Origin: Octopus vulgaris
Taxonomy: Eukaryota
Assembly (NCBI GenBank): GCA_951406725.2
Contig: OX597827.1
Location: 34,720,001-34,784,000, forward strand
Reading direction: 5' to 3'
DNA: 64,000 bases
This document shows, one piece after another, positions 24,335 to 36,394 of the stretch. The position numbers were made by a program, and so were the translations under genes. The stretch's first letter is position 1, and each line of letters opens with the position of its first letter. The notes under the pieces were generated by a model that was given only the letters and a program-made list of their open reading frames with translations, made no database searches and was not told the DNA's origin.

Positions 24335-26001
24335 GTGGCCAGTGCCAGAGACATGTAAATAGCATCAACTACACCCTATGAAGTGGTTGGTGTTAGCAAG
24401 AGCATCCAGCCATCAAAATCAAGCCAAAACAGACTGGAGCCTGGGGCAGCTCTCTGGCTTGCCAGTTGCAGTCAAACCATCTAACCCATGCCAATGTGAA
24501 AAATAAATGCTAAATGGTGATGATAATGAGTACACTATAACATATACATGCAGTCAATATATCTGGTACACTATAATGACAGATGTAAACTACATCAAGT
24601 GGGAGAATCTGTAGTATGCCATTACATAGTCTGCTAATGAAAGAGAACAAAACGTTGAAGAAGATAATTTGGAATGGATATTAAATCAACAGTTCCACCT
24701 GGCAATCTCCTTAAAGCAACATATTCCTCACACCCACCTTTCTGTGTGTTGTATCTATGTATTTACGAAAGTATGTATGCAGCATTGAGTGTATATGACA
24801 GCTGTATTAATGTTTTCATCCCATTGCCACTGCTGTTCTTACCCATCAAACCCAAGCCAACAATGAAAAACAGATATAAAATTATGTTGATATAAACTGA
24901 TCATCATAATAATTTCAAGTATGGGTTGGACAATTTGGTAGGAGCCAATTGGCTGAAGGACCATATCTTGCTCCAGCATCTCAGTTTTGGCATGGTTTAT
25001 ATGGTTAGATGCCCTTCCTAAAACCAAAAGCTTTATTGAGTGTACAAGGTACTTTTTGCATGGCACCAGTACTAAATGAGGAGTAGACACGAGTAAAGGG
25101 CTAGAGCAGAACAGGTTTGTTGTAGTAGAGGAGCTGCAAGACTACTCACATTTGAGGAGGGAGGATGAGAATGATTGAGTGGAGAGGGAAAGTGACAAAA
25201 AACATAGTGGTGATAAGGCATCAAGATAGATCTTCAAGGTACAAAGTGGGTAGGGATGAGTGGTGCAGAGGGACAGGGAGTGAATGGAGAGTAGGAGATG
25301 CAAAGCAGATCAGTAGAAAAGAAATGATGATACTGTAAATAGGACAAGAGATGACATGCTGTTGGGTAGGTTGTAAGAGTGAATGCGGAGGAGATAGGCA
25401 GGTGTAGAGTATGAAAAGGGGGAGATATATGGTGGTGGCGGATGAATCTGGCAGACCAGTGTGTGATGGGGTGGGGGTGATCAATGAAATTAAGGGCAGA
25501 GAGAACAGTATTAATGGATAAAGGATGGATAACAAATGAAGTGGTTCTGAGTACTAAGAAATGTGGCATAAAAGGTGTAGATATAGGGAGGTGATTGGTG
25601 TTTTGAGAAAGGAAAATAGGTGAAGGGCCCAGTTGTATTTATATATATATATACACATACGGCTCTACCTGAATTCAGTTACACTGAGGTAAGCAGGTAT
25701 TCTTGAGAGCTGTACACATATACACATGCTTCCCAACCCCAACCTTGTGGCCCCACTGCGAAGTGCCTTGAGGAAAGTGTTTTCTACTATAGTCTTGAGC
25801 TGACAAAAGCCTTTGTCAGTGAATTTGGTAGGCAGAAACTAAAAGTCTGTTTTCTGTATCCATGTGTGTGTGAAAGTGCTTGCACCTCCTAGACACTCAC
25901 ACATATTTGACAGTGGAAGGGGAAAATACGAACAAGCAAGCATACAAGATATAACAGAGAAACAAATATACAAACTAAATATGAATTGTAATTTTTAAAA
26001 T

Positions 26002-26007
26002 TTTATT
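26002..26007 (-). promoter_or_regulatory. Candidate polyadenylation signal of the polyQ ZNF gene
   Basis: AATAAA ~45 nt after the stop codon, followed by T/GT-rich sequence. Confidence 0.4.
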
Positions 26008-26050
26008 TTCATTGTAATTTTTGAAATGATAAAGGAAAAATGAAGTTATG

Positions 26051-28231
26051 TCAAAGGTCATGTGCTGAATTTGAAGTAATTATTGGAGTTGTTGTAGTGA
26101 AAATCTGTGCTGCTGCACTAGGGTGCATTTGTATGGTTGGAATCACTTGTGCATTTGTTGGGTACATCTGAATTGTGGGAAAAACCTGAGTTGATGGAAA
26201 AATCTGGGCTGCCATTGTATAGAGATCAGAATCAGGTAACGTCATATGTTGAGCAAGTTGAGCATGTGGAAGTGTTGTTTGTGTATCCAGATTGAGATTT
26301 ATCTGCTGTGGCTGAGCTGAGGTTGGCTGTGTCAGGGGGACACCTGTTGCTATGGCGACAGTCTGAGGATGTTGTATTTGTTGTTGGGCAGCTTGGATGT
26401 TAAATAAGTGAAGATCTTGTGCTTTCACAATGTTAATAGTTTGTAGTGGAGCTGCACTCTCTTGAGTTGATGGTTGTGAAGCTGCACTCTCTTGAGCAGT
26501 TGGTTGTGAAGCTGCACTATCTTGAGTAGTTGGTTGTGAAGCTTCACTTTCTTGAATCTGTTGTGCAGTTGAGTCTGTTTCTGTCTTTACTTCTTGTTCT
26601 GGCTGCTCTTGGAGAAGATTTTCAGTGTTTTCTTGTTGTTGTTGTTGCTGCTGCTGCTGTTGTTGTTGTAATGGAACACAGCTTAATTTTCGTTCTCCTT
26701 TGTTTGCTTTTTTATGCCTTTCCAAGTGATCGTTGCGGGCAAAGGCATAACCACATCTTTCACATTTGTAAGGTCGCTCACCAGAATGGATTTTACTGTG
26801 TACTTTCAAATGTGACCTCTGAGAAAAAGACTTTTGGCAAAGGTCACACTGAAATAACTTTTCCCCAAGATGTGTTCGTTTGTGTCGTTTTAATTTACTA
26901 TTAGCTGAGAATGCCTTGCTGCACGTACTGCAGACAAATGGAAGCACTGCGTTGTGAATTTGCTTGTGTAAATTGGTGTGCGAACGCTGAGAGAAAGCTT
27001 TCCAGCAGACATCACAATCAAGAGGATTCATTTCACTCATCAGTTCCTTCATTTTATCATTCTGAGAAGCAGAGTCCTTGTCAAGTATGCTTGAAGATGA
27101 CGATGATGATGATGCACTCTCGGTCAAATGCTTCTCACTAGTGTGTATGCGTTGGTTGTGCACTTTTAAATGTGAGCGTTGGCTGAAAGACTTACCACAC
27201 GTTTTGCAATCAAATGGCTTTAGAGCCTTGTGTATCCGCTCATGCACACTTGCATCTTTGTGCAGCGTGAAAGCTTTCCAGCAGTCTTTACAATCAAATG
27301 GGTTTGATCCATTGAGCTCATATGCTGCCATCCAGTGGTTAGCACTGGCATCAGAGCAGCTGCTGTTCTTTCTGTCTGTTAAGGAAACAGTTCTGGAGCT
27401 GTCTTCTCGGTTGGGAGTCTTTAGTGTGTTATGGATTTTTAAGTGTCGGGCAAGATTACTACTTCTAGAGAACGTGTGTCCGCATATGTTGCACCTATAC
27501 GGTTGTCCACCTGTATGAATTGTTTCATGTTCCTTCAGGTGGAACTTCTGGGAAAACTCCTTTCCACAGACTTTACATGTAAACTTTGTAGAATTGCTAT
27601 CAGGGATCTTATTATCCTCTTCTCTTGTCATAACAACAGATGCTGGAGAATCACTGGAAGTTACACTCTGAGATTGCTGCAGTACTGTTGTCAGAAGTAC
27701 TTGCTGATGTTGTTGTTGCTGTAGTTGTAATTGGTGTTGTTGCTGCATTTGTTGTTGTTTTTGTTGTAGTAGCTCCTCCTCCTCCTCTTCTTCGGCTTGC
27801 TTTTGTTGTTGAAGTTGAATTTGAAGCTCCTGTTGTTGTTGCTGCAACTGCTGTTGTTGTTGTTCCAACAGCTGCTGCTGCTGTTGCTGTTCCAACAACT
27901 GCTGCTGTTGTTGCTGTTGTTGTTCCAACAACTGCTGCTGTTGTTGTTGCTGTTGCAGTTGCTGCTGCTGTTCTTCTTGGTTTGGTTGATGCTGCAACAA
28001 TAGAATATGTTGTGGTTGTTGCTCTTGCTGTTGTTGTTGTTGCTGTTGTTGTTGCAGCAGAAACGTTGGCTGCACAGGGTGGTGGGTGCTGCTGTGTTTC
28101 TCCAATAGCTCATACTGGCTGAACGTCTGTGCACACAAACTGCAACAGTATGCTGCCCCCAGCTTTGTCAGTGCATCGGCAACCAACACAATGGGAAGAC
28201 CCTCATTCGATACTTGGATAACTTGATTCAT
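26051..28231 (-). CDS. PolyQ-rich C2H2 zinc finger protein, 9 fingers (last one atypical), ~726 aa
   Basis: Uninterrupted ORF; first ATG at 28231 (the track start 28303 is TTG, with in-frame stops just upstream); fingers grouped 1+2+2+4; two polyQ tracts. Confidence 0.93.
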   Translation of the reverse strand: MNQVIQVSNEGLPIVLVADALTKLGAAYCCSLCAQTFSQYELLEKHSSTHHPVQPTFLLQQQQQQQQQQEQQPQHILLLQHQPNQEEQQQQLQQQQQQQQLLEQQQQQQQQLLEQQQQQQLLEQQQQQLQQQQQELQIQLQQQKQAEEEEEEELLQQKQQQMQQQHQLQLQQQQHQQVLLTTVLQQSQSVTSSDSPASVVMTREEDNKIPDSNSTKFTCKVCGKEFSQKFHLKEHETIHTGGQPYRCNICGHTFSRSSNLARHLKIHNTLKTPNREDSSRTVSLTDRKNSSCSDASANHWMAAYELNGSNPFDCKDCWKAFTLHKDASVHERIHKALKPFDCKTCGKSFSQRSHLKVHNQRIHTSEKHLTESASSSSSSSSILDKDSASQNDKMKELMSEMNPLDCDVCWKAFSQRSHTNLHKQIHNAVLPFVCSTCSKAFSANSKLKRHKRTHLGEKLFQCDLCQKSFSQRSHLKVHSKIHSGERPYKCERCGYAFARNDHLERHKKANKGERKLSCVPLQQQQQQQQQQQQENTENLLQEQPEQEVKTETDSTAQQIQESEASQPTTQDSAASQPTAQESAASQPSTQESAAPLQTINIVKAQDLHLFNIQAAQQQIQHPQTVAIATGVPLTQPTSAQPQQINLNLDTQTTLPHAQLAQHMTLPDSDLYTMAAQIFPSTQVFPTIQMYPTNAQVIPTIQMHPSAAAQIFTTTTPIITSNSAHDL

Positions 28232-29076
28232 CCTTGATGCTGTTGATGATAATGATGATGATGTACTTACTACTAATGTTGTTGCTGTTCTTGATACTGA
28301 CAAGGGTGGTTGTTTACGTTGTTGTTACTAATGAAGATGATACAGTTTGCGGTATTAATTAAGATTCGTTGCTGCTATAAATGCTTTCTTGATGGGGTTT
28401 TTGTTGCAGTTATTGTTGCTGTCGAGTTACCAGAGAGCTGTCATAATTGAAGTTGTTTCTGTTGCTGTTGTTACCAGAGTTGAAAATCAAGCCAATGAAG
28501 AATCCTCTATGAGGTCACTCAACCTGCTTGAAATAGCAGCCAGATATCTCACAAATCACACTCTGTCTTAGAAAAAAACACTTTTGATAATGGAATCTTG
28601 GTTTCCTTATACATAACAAAAAAAAAAATGAGATGGTTACAGTTGGAATATTTTTGACTGAAGGTGGTTGTAGGTTTCTCAGATCAGGGCTGCCCCGGGG
28701 TTAAACAATACTTGTTTAGATATAGCTTGTATTTGTTCATGTTAATGATGTTCAGTATTGTTAACATTATGTACTGGTTATGGTGGTAATGGTTATTGTC
28801 GGTATTGCTTATGTGGTAGTTGCATCACATTTACTGTTATGTATTCTCTGTGTTGTTGTTGTTGCTCTTTAAGTTTCATGTTACTAATGACAACTGCTGT
28901 TGTTGGTGGTGGTGGTGGTGTATTGGATGAAGCTTCAGACAGACAAGGCAGCTTGGACCATTATTTAATGATTGTTTAAAAGACAGAGAAATAAAAATGA
29001 TCGGGGTGGCGATGATTGAGATACTGTCATAGGTGACCGGATGGATTCATACCCTTGTTCTTCCTTTCATTTCAAA

Positions 29077-29100
29077 TCTGAAAACCATGAAAAAAAGACA
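29077..29100 (-). promoter_or_regulatory. Candidate splice acceptor for the polyQ ZNF exon
   Basis: Minus strand CTTTTTTTCATGGTTTTCAG|ATT at the boundary between repeat-free and repeat-rich DNA. Confidence 0.5.
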
Positions 29101-29275
29101 ACTGAAATATTACAACATTAGCATTACATATTTCCATTAGACATTAAGACAACAAGAACATAGATAAAACATGTTGGTATGCGCGTGTGTGTGCGTACAT
29201 ATGTGTGTGTGCATGCGCTTGTGTGTGTCCTACATATGCCAGTATAGAAAATGGAGATTAAATGATGATGATGGT

Positions 29276-29341
<66 letters not shown>

Positions 29342-29439
29342 TACACACACACGTATATATATACCCACACAAACACGTATATATACATACACATATACAC
29401 ACATATAAATACATATATGTAAACTATATATATATAAAG

Positions 29440-29484
<45 letters not shown>

Positions 29485-29485
<1 letters not shown>

Positions 29486-30150
29486 TTAGCACTCTACTGT
29501 ATGGAAGTGAGACTTGGACGCTATACACACGCCAAGAGCGTCGCCTAAATATCTTTCACCTGCGCTGCCTCCGGAAAATCCTCTGCATCAAATGGCAGAA
29601 TCATATCCCCAACAAAGATGTTCTCAGGCAAGCAGGAATACCAAGCATATTTGCACTCCTCACACAAAGACGTATGAGATGGCTTGGGCATGTTAGCCGT
29701 ATGAAAGATGGCAGAATCCCCAAGGACATACTCTACGGAGAGCTTGCTAGGGGTACTAGGTCTGTGGGTAGACCGTTCTTACGTTACAAGGATGTTTGCA
29801 AAAGGGACAAGAAGGCCTGCAACATCAATATTAGCAGTTGGGAGGCAGTTGCCGGTAACCGTGGAGAATGGCGACGTACTGTAAAAGAGGGAATACAAAG
29901 AAGTGACAGAGAGAGAGAGAGAGGAGAAATGGAAAGACAAGAAAAGACGTCAACAAGAAACTATGGCATTACAACCAGCCAGGAACAGTCTTCGCTACAT
30001 TTGCAGTACCTGCCAGAGGGAGTGTTTGTCCAGGATAGGACTACACAGCCACAGCAGGAAATGTATCAGGACATGAAATGTAAAAGCCGGACTAGACTAC
30101 TTTATACGCAACTCCATTGTCTCCCGAGACAAAAAGGATGCCAACAACAT
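29485..30150 (+). mobile_element. RTE/BovB-like LINE 3' fragment
   Basis: [60 protein letters not shown]; frameshift at (GA)n, then [23 protein letters not shown]; (CAA) tail. Confidence 0.93.
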
Positions 30151-30169
30151 ACATGCATATATATGTATA

Positions 30170-30527
30170 CTAGCAGTATCGCCCGGCGTTGCTCGGGTTT
30201 GTAAGGGAAATAACTATAAAGCATTTTTAGAGAGTTATAGCCAAAAAATTGGGAAAAAAATGATGGTAAATTTTTTTTGAGTTAAAAAGGTCGAGTTGCG
30301 TCCCCTAGACCATCTGTGGTTTGTGTTTCTGATTGTCGACCCCATGTCGAATTTATCGATCTTTTTTAGGAAGTGGGGGAACTTTTCAATATTTTCGCTG
30401 CGTTAGTTTTGAATTATGACATTGGGCTATGTGTGTGTCAAGTTTCATCAGAATCGGTTGAAAGCCGTGGTCAGTGTGAGGGTACAACCTGACAGACACA
30501 CAGACAAACTGCCGTTTATATATAGAG
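30170..30527 (-). mobile_element. Helitron sharing the family A 3' end
   Basis: Same CTAG/hairpin terminus as family A with a different 5' half. Confidence 0.75.
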
Positions 30528-30774
30528 AGATTTATAGGTACAGGAGTGGCTGTGTGGTAAGTACCTTCCTTACCAACAACATGGTTCCAGGTTCAGTCTC
30601 ACTGCGTGGAATCATCCTTTGACATAGACTGTTTATTGTTTGGCTTTTATATTACTCTTGACACCCAGAGCAGGTTAGTGTGTATATCAGGTTCTCCAAA
30701 GCACATGAAGCTGCTTTTCACTGTGAAACGTTGTCCTTGTTTATATATACATATATTTATATATATACATATAC

Positions 30775-30821
<47 letters not shown>

Positions 30822-30887
30822 TACATATATAAATATACATACATATGTATATATATACGTATATATATATATACATACATACACATC

Positions 30888-30933
<46 letters not shown>

Positions 30934-30980
30934 CACATAGATGTGTATGTATGTATATATATATACATATATATATATAT

Positions 30981-31715
30981 CAAGACATCAGACTTGCCAA
31001 TGACATCTTGGTCTCGCGCCATTTCTGCTCTATCGGTCGCTCATTACAACACCTGTCTGTGTTCGGATTGTCCTTGCACAGGGGCCATCTGGACTCCCAT
31101 CTTCGCCGTGAGCAGGGACTAATCTTCTCTCTTTGTTCCTCTCCTCCCGTCTTCATGTAACCCTCCTCTTCTCCTCTCACACCTACATCCTCCCACCCAC
31201 TTCTCCTCATTCCTACCCACCTCCCTTCATTGTCACCCACTCCCTCGTTACCCCACCGTTACACATTCCAACCCCACCATCCCATCCCACCCACCTCATC
31301 CTTTAGACCCCACACCACATACACTAGCACTGACCACTTCCCAGCACCCACACTAACACTGACCACTTCCCAGCACTTACACCATCATCCACACACATGC
31401 AGATGTCAAGGTCACCAGCTCCCTTGCCCACATACATACACATTCTCACATAAACACACATGCACCTTTGTTTTGGGATCACCACTGATTTATTATCTCC
31501 CCTTCTTCCTAGGTCTCCTGTGTGACCCCTCTGTCCAGCATTCGCCATGATAGATTGCTAGCCATTGAGCCTTTTTGTATTTTCTCTCCCTGTTTATTTC
31601 TGTGTTCCTTTCGGCCAAAGAGCGTAGGCTCAAAACGTAAAAGACCTTCTCACTTCCCGAGCATTAAACTAATACATGTTTCTTTCTTACACATGTGTCT
31701 TTTTTTTTTTTGCAA
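30981..31715 (+). mobile_element. Penelope-like element 3' fragment
   Basis: [21 protein letters not shown]...[10 protein letters not shown] resembles the C-terminus of a PLE GIY-YIG endonuclease; degenerate hammerhead motif at 31608-31643. Confidence 0.7.
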
Positions 31716-31805
31716 ATTCTCACTCTATATATGTATATATACATATATGTACATATACATATATATATATATGTATATATAAATATACATATATATATAT
31801 ACATG

Positions 31806-31855
<50 letters not shown>

Positions 31856-31934
31856 TATATACATATATGTGTGTATATATATATATATATACAGATAAAT
31901 ACATATATATGTATATATACATATACACATACTC

Positions 31935-32034
31935 TATTTAAAAGCAGCAGAAAATATAACAAAAACTCTTACTCAGAGTTTCAGGTTCTTGTTCATTAGA
32001 CAGGTTTTGTTATATTTTCTGCTGCTTTTGAATA
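31935..32034 (-). ncRNA. Hairpin enclosing a decayed hammerhead motif
   Basis: ~30-bp inverted arms around CTAATGA-ACAAGAACCT-GAAAC-TCTGA-GTA; homologous to 60039-60091. Confidence 0.5.
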
Positions 32035-32136
32035 AAGCATATTACTCTGCCTCTGGTATTGGAGTACTCTTTTTTCCATCTTGTTTCACATGTATGTGCT
32101 TACTCCGGTACATATACATATATATAATATATATAT

Positions 32137-32174
<38 letters not shown>

Positions 32175-32177
32175 ATA

Positions 32178-33330
32178 AAAAATACAAAATGGGACAAGAA
32201 TGCAAAACATCCAAACAGTTAGGTGATGCAAAAAAGGGACAACAAAACATCCAGATAAACGATACAAAGAAAACAAGGATGGGTCATTTGGAGTTTTCTT
32301 TCCTCAGTCGAGTTCCAGATTATCTATGCAATTTCGACAGGTTATACTCGAGATTGCTTCAATCTGGCCAGCCCCAAGGAAAAACTAAGCTAAGAGCATA
32401 AGATTCCTTGGAAGAAAGTAGTGAATGTATGTGAAAACAAGGACAGAAAAAAACAAAAAAAAAAAAACGGAGAATGTTACACAAATACAAAAAACGGCAT
32501 AACAACAGGTGTCTTTCAACTAAGGACGAATTAAATTAAGCTGGTGTGTGTGGAAATAAAGCCTTATGGGAGGGATACAAGATTTCAGAAGCACAGGGAG
32601 GCATATAGATGTTGCACGGATAATGGCCGAACCAAGAAAGAAAGAGCAGGCTTGGTCAAACACTGGTCACGTGGGGAGAGAAGAGGTAGAGACAGAGGGA
32701 CAGAAGAATTGAGGGGCGAGAAAATATGACAGGGACACAGTGAAGTGAAAAGAGGAGAGAAAGTGAGCAGGAAGAGAAGGCAGGGAAATGTGAGAGAGGG
32801 GAAACAAAAGAACGAAGAGTGGAATGAATGAATAAGCGTGAAAGGGCTGATAGAAAGAAAGAATAGGGTCAGACAAGATTTAGATAAATATATTCCTACA
32901 GGTAAGAGACCAAAGTGTACATACACTGCTATATATATATAAATACAAAATGGGACAAGAATGTAAAACATCCAGTTAGGTGATACAAAAAAGGGACAAC
33001 AAAACATCCAGATAGACAATACAAAGAAAACAAGGATGGGTCATTCGGAGTTTTCTTTCCTCAGTTGAGTTCCAGATTATCTTTGCAATTTCGGTTGGTT
33101 ATACTCGAGATTGCTCCAATCTGGCCAGCCCCAAGGAAAAACTAAGCTAAGAGCATTAGATTCCTTGGAAGAAATAGCGAATGTATATGAAAACAAGGAT
33201 GAAAAAAAAAATGGAGAATGTTACACAAATACAAAAAACAGGATATAAGAACAAGTGTCTTTCGACTAAGGATGAATTAAATTAAGCTGGCATGTGTGGA
33301 AGTAAAGCTTTACGGCAGGGATATATAGAT
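32178..33330 (-). mobile_element. Partial tandem direct repeat resembling a Penelope pseudo-LTR arrangement
   Basis: 32178-32585 is repeated at 32941-33330; both copies start next to (TA)n. Confidence 0.6.
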
Positions 33331-33582
33331 TTCATTACTTCATTTTTAGGCTTCAAATAGGAGTTGCTTGGGTGGCTTTGTGGGCATTGACCTCAGTAAG
33401 GTATAACCTTGTATTTATTATGGGGGTTTCAATCCCTTCTTGAAATTATGAAGGGTTATATATTTTATCTTTATCTGTCCTTAGACTGTGGCCATGCTGG
33501 GGCAGCATGAATTTTCATTGAATGAAGCAGGCATTGAAATTGCTACCATGAACTAGTCTCTTACTCTATGATATTTGGCACA

Positions 33583-33787
33583 AAGGTGGCGAGCTAGCAG
33601 AAATGTTAGCACGCAGGGCAAAGTGCTTAACAGTATTTCGTCTGCCATTACATTCTGAGTTCAAATTCCGCTGAGGTCGACTTTGTCTTTCATGCTTTCG
33701 GGGTCGATAAATTAAGTATCAGTAATCAATTTAATCCCTTTGTCTGTCCCCTCTATGTTTAGCCCCTTGTGGGCAATAAAGAAATAA
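33583..33787 (+). mobile_element. SINE family A
   Basis: AGGTGGCGAGCTAGCAGAAATGTTAGC head, GTTCAAATTCC B-box, GGCAATAAAGAAATA tail. Confidence 0.88.
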
Positions 33788-33869
33788 CAATGTCACCATA
33801 ATTGAGACCCCAACAACCTAAGGTAAAATATAAGTATTTATACAGATCTGATTATGATGAATAGGTACA

Positions 33870-34765
33870 GAACAAGTTGGCTAACACCATGATGACTATT
33901 CAAATGCAAGTAGAAGTTATGGATATGATACAAAGAATGCAAAAAGATCAAGGCTCTTGGAGTTCTGCACTGCAAATGGCCTAACCATTTGCAACACTAA
34001 CTTTAGAAAATCAGTCATGCAATGTATCAGAGTGCTGACCAGATGTTATATGCAGGTGACCTTGTCCTTTAAGTGGAATCTCTAGTAGAATAAAAACAGA
34101 AATTCTAAGAGTGGAATCAATACCTGAAATCAAAGGGGTCAACTTAGCAAAAACAAAAATTTCAGTAATCAGGAAAACAGACAGGACTCTACTTCCATCA
34201 GGGAAATAGCCTTGCTTGATAATTAGAAAAGGAGCAGTAGAAGTTCCATATGATGTACACATTGCAAACAAGAGGTGCAATGGTAACACAGCTGGTTAAC
34301 AGAGAGAATAAACTTTGTATGTGGAAGATGCTTAAGAGCAATAAAGTATGAGAGCACAGGAAAAAGATTTTCTTAAATACCCAGGAGGATACTTAGGTAT
34401 AACAGATGGCTTCTGTTACCTAGGTGAGCTAATTAACAGTAGAGGAGGATGTTCTGAAAGTAGAGAAGCCTAAAAGAAGTTCCTTTCTAAGAGTAAAAGG
34501 CAGATTGTATGATACTTGTGTACCAATAGCACTGCTTCATAGTAATGAGACAGAGGTACTAAATGCAGAAGACTTGCAAAAACTAGAAAAAAGCAAAGCT
34601 AGCTTGCTCTGCTGGATGCACATCAGTATGCACCAATAATGAAATACAATAATGAAGACATGTTGAGAGAAAAATTGGGAATAAAAAGAATCAAATATAG
34701 TGTGCAGAAGAGATGAACATGTGATGCATATCAATGAGGACAACTATATAAAGAAGTGCCAATCA
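33870..34765 (+). pseudogene. Highly degraded RTE-like reverse transcriptase fragment
   Basis: Remnants FCYLGELINSRGGCSES and GRLYDTCVPIALLHSNET with many stops. Confidence 0.6.
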
Positions 34766-35494
34766 CTTTATGTGGATGGAAAAGTGGTTGATCTCTAGGT
34801 TTTGAGCTTTACAGAAATGATTGATAACATGAGATTCTTGAGAAGATCCACCCATCAAGTCAAAACTAAAGCTATGGAAGCATAATGTATAAACAGTATG
34901 GGTGTGTATGTGCATAGGTGGGGGGAAACTTACCCAATTTATACCTGTCAAGCCTTTCCAACAATTCTTCAACCCCTCTCCTAATTACTACAGCAATTAA
35001 ATGAGAACAGAAGTACATATTTTATCATCCTTTTCTCTGCTACTGGTTATCTCTCCCACTACCCAGAACCACTTCTTTTGATATCCATCCCTCATTCTTA
35101 ACATCATCCCCTTTCCATTCACATTTTCCATCAATCAAGCTTTCTATTGGTAGTTATCTCCCTCTTCCCTCAACCACTTCCTGTTGAGTCATCTCTATGT
35201 ATCTCTGACCACCTTTACTCTTATCAGCCTTTCACTCACTTCCCAAACACACTCTTGCAACTTACCCACCTACCTCTCATCCTTCTATCTACTGTATTAT
35301 TATTATTATTATTATTATTATGGCAGAATCACTAGCATGCAGGGCAAAATGCTTAGTGGCATTTTGTCCATTTTTATGTTCTGAGTTCAAATTTCGCAGA
35401 GATTGACCATCCTTTTTCAAGACTGCAGCTCAGCATAGCTGCAGTCTAATGACTCAAACAAGGGAAAAAGAATATATATATATATATATATGTG

Positions 35495-35906
35495 GGATCT
35501 TTTCGGTTTGAACGGCAGTTTTTTCTAGCGGTGTCATATGAAATTGTCACCCATAATTATGACCCTAGAATAGTTCTATTGCATTTCAATCTGTTTTAGG
35601 GTTAGGGGTGGGGGGAAGGGTATCTTTTTTTCTTCACAAATGTAAATAAACCCAATCTGTTTCTTAAACGAGGGACATATTCATACGGCACAGAATGTTT
35701 TTTTACCTTAATAGACGTCAGTGATTGGTTGAAATTGCAGAAATTGAAGAAAAACAACAACAAATATCTTACAAACTATAGAATTTTCTCAATAAAGCCA
35801 AGAGAAAAAGATGTTTTATAAACACATTCTACCAGTATACGAAGTTTAAAATTTTTTAGTTACCTAGAAATTATGTTAAAAACTGCCGTTCAAACCGAAA
35901 AGAGCC
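35495..35906. mobile_element. Merlin-like MITE, copy 1
   Basis: 28-bp TIRs GGATCTTTTCGGTTTGAACGGCAGTTTT; perfect 8-bp TSD TATATGTG. Confidence 0.85.
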
Positions 35907-36394
35907 TATATGTGTATGTATGTATATGACATTTCTCTCCATAAAATTCACTTACACAGTGATTTTAGTGTGTCTGGAGCTTTAATAAGAGTGGGTTTGA
36001 CCCTGAAACTAACTGGTTGGGGTGCAAACTTCTCAAACACCCAACTATGCCTTTACCTACCATGTATACCTTTCATTTTATGTTTGCTTATTACAAAAAT
36101 ATATTATTGAGGTACATGTTTGCACATATATACATCAATATATATAGGGTTTGTTAGCTATTTAAGAATCATGAGAAGATTAAACTTTAACTAAATATCC
36201 TCCCTTTTTCAGCCCAAATTTGGAAGCTTTGAATCTAACACAGATGATGAAAAAGCATGAGGTTCTTATTACCAACAACAATGATTCTAAGATTGTAGTC
36301 TTCTTAAATGTTGTCAGGTCCTTCACGTTTAAGATTAGCAAAGAGCTCTTGGCCCCTGGTGGGAATGTGTCTTCTGTGGCCAAAAGAAAAAGAC

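Noticed and set aside
27640-28122. Antisense hydrophobic ORFs (poly-V/A/L)
   Set aside because: Shadow frames of the CAA/CAG polyQ tract
28232-28303. N-terminal extension from the track start at 28303
   Set aside because: The start codon there is TTG; the first ATG is at 28231
29994-30076. Third host zinc finger gene (CSTC..HSHSRKC)
   Set aside because: It is the C-terminal zinc-finger-like motif of the RTE LINE ORF
35595-35620. Interstitial telomere
   Set aside because: Only about two TTAGGG units, internal to a MITE
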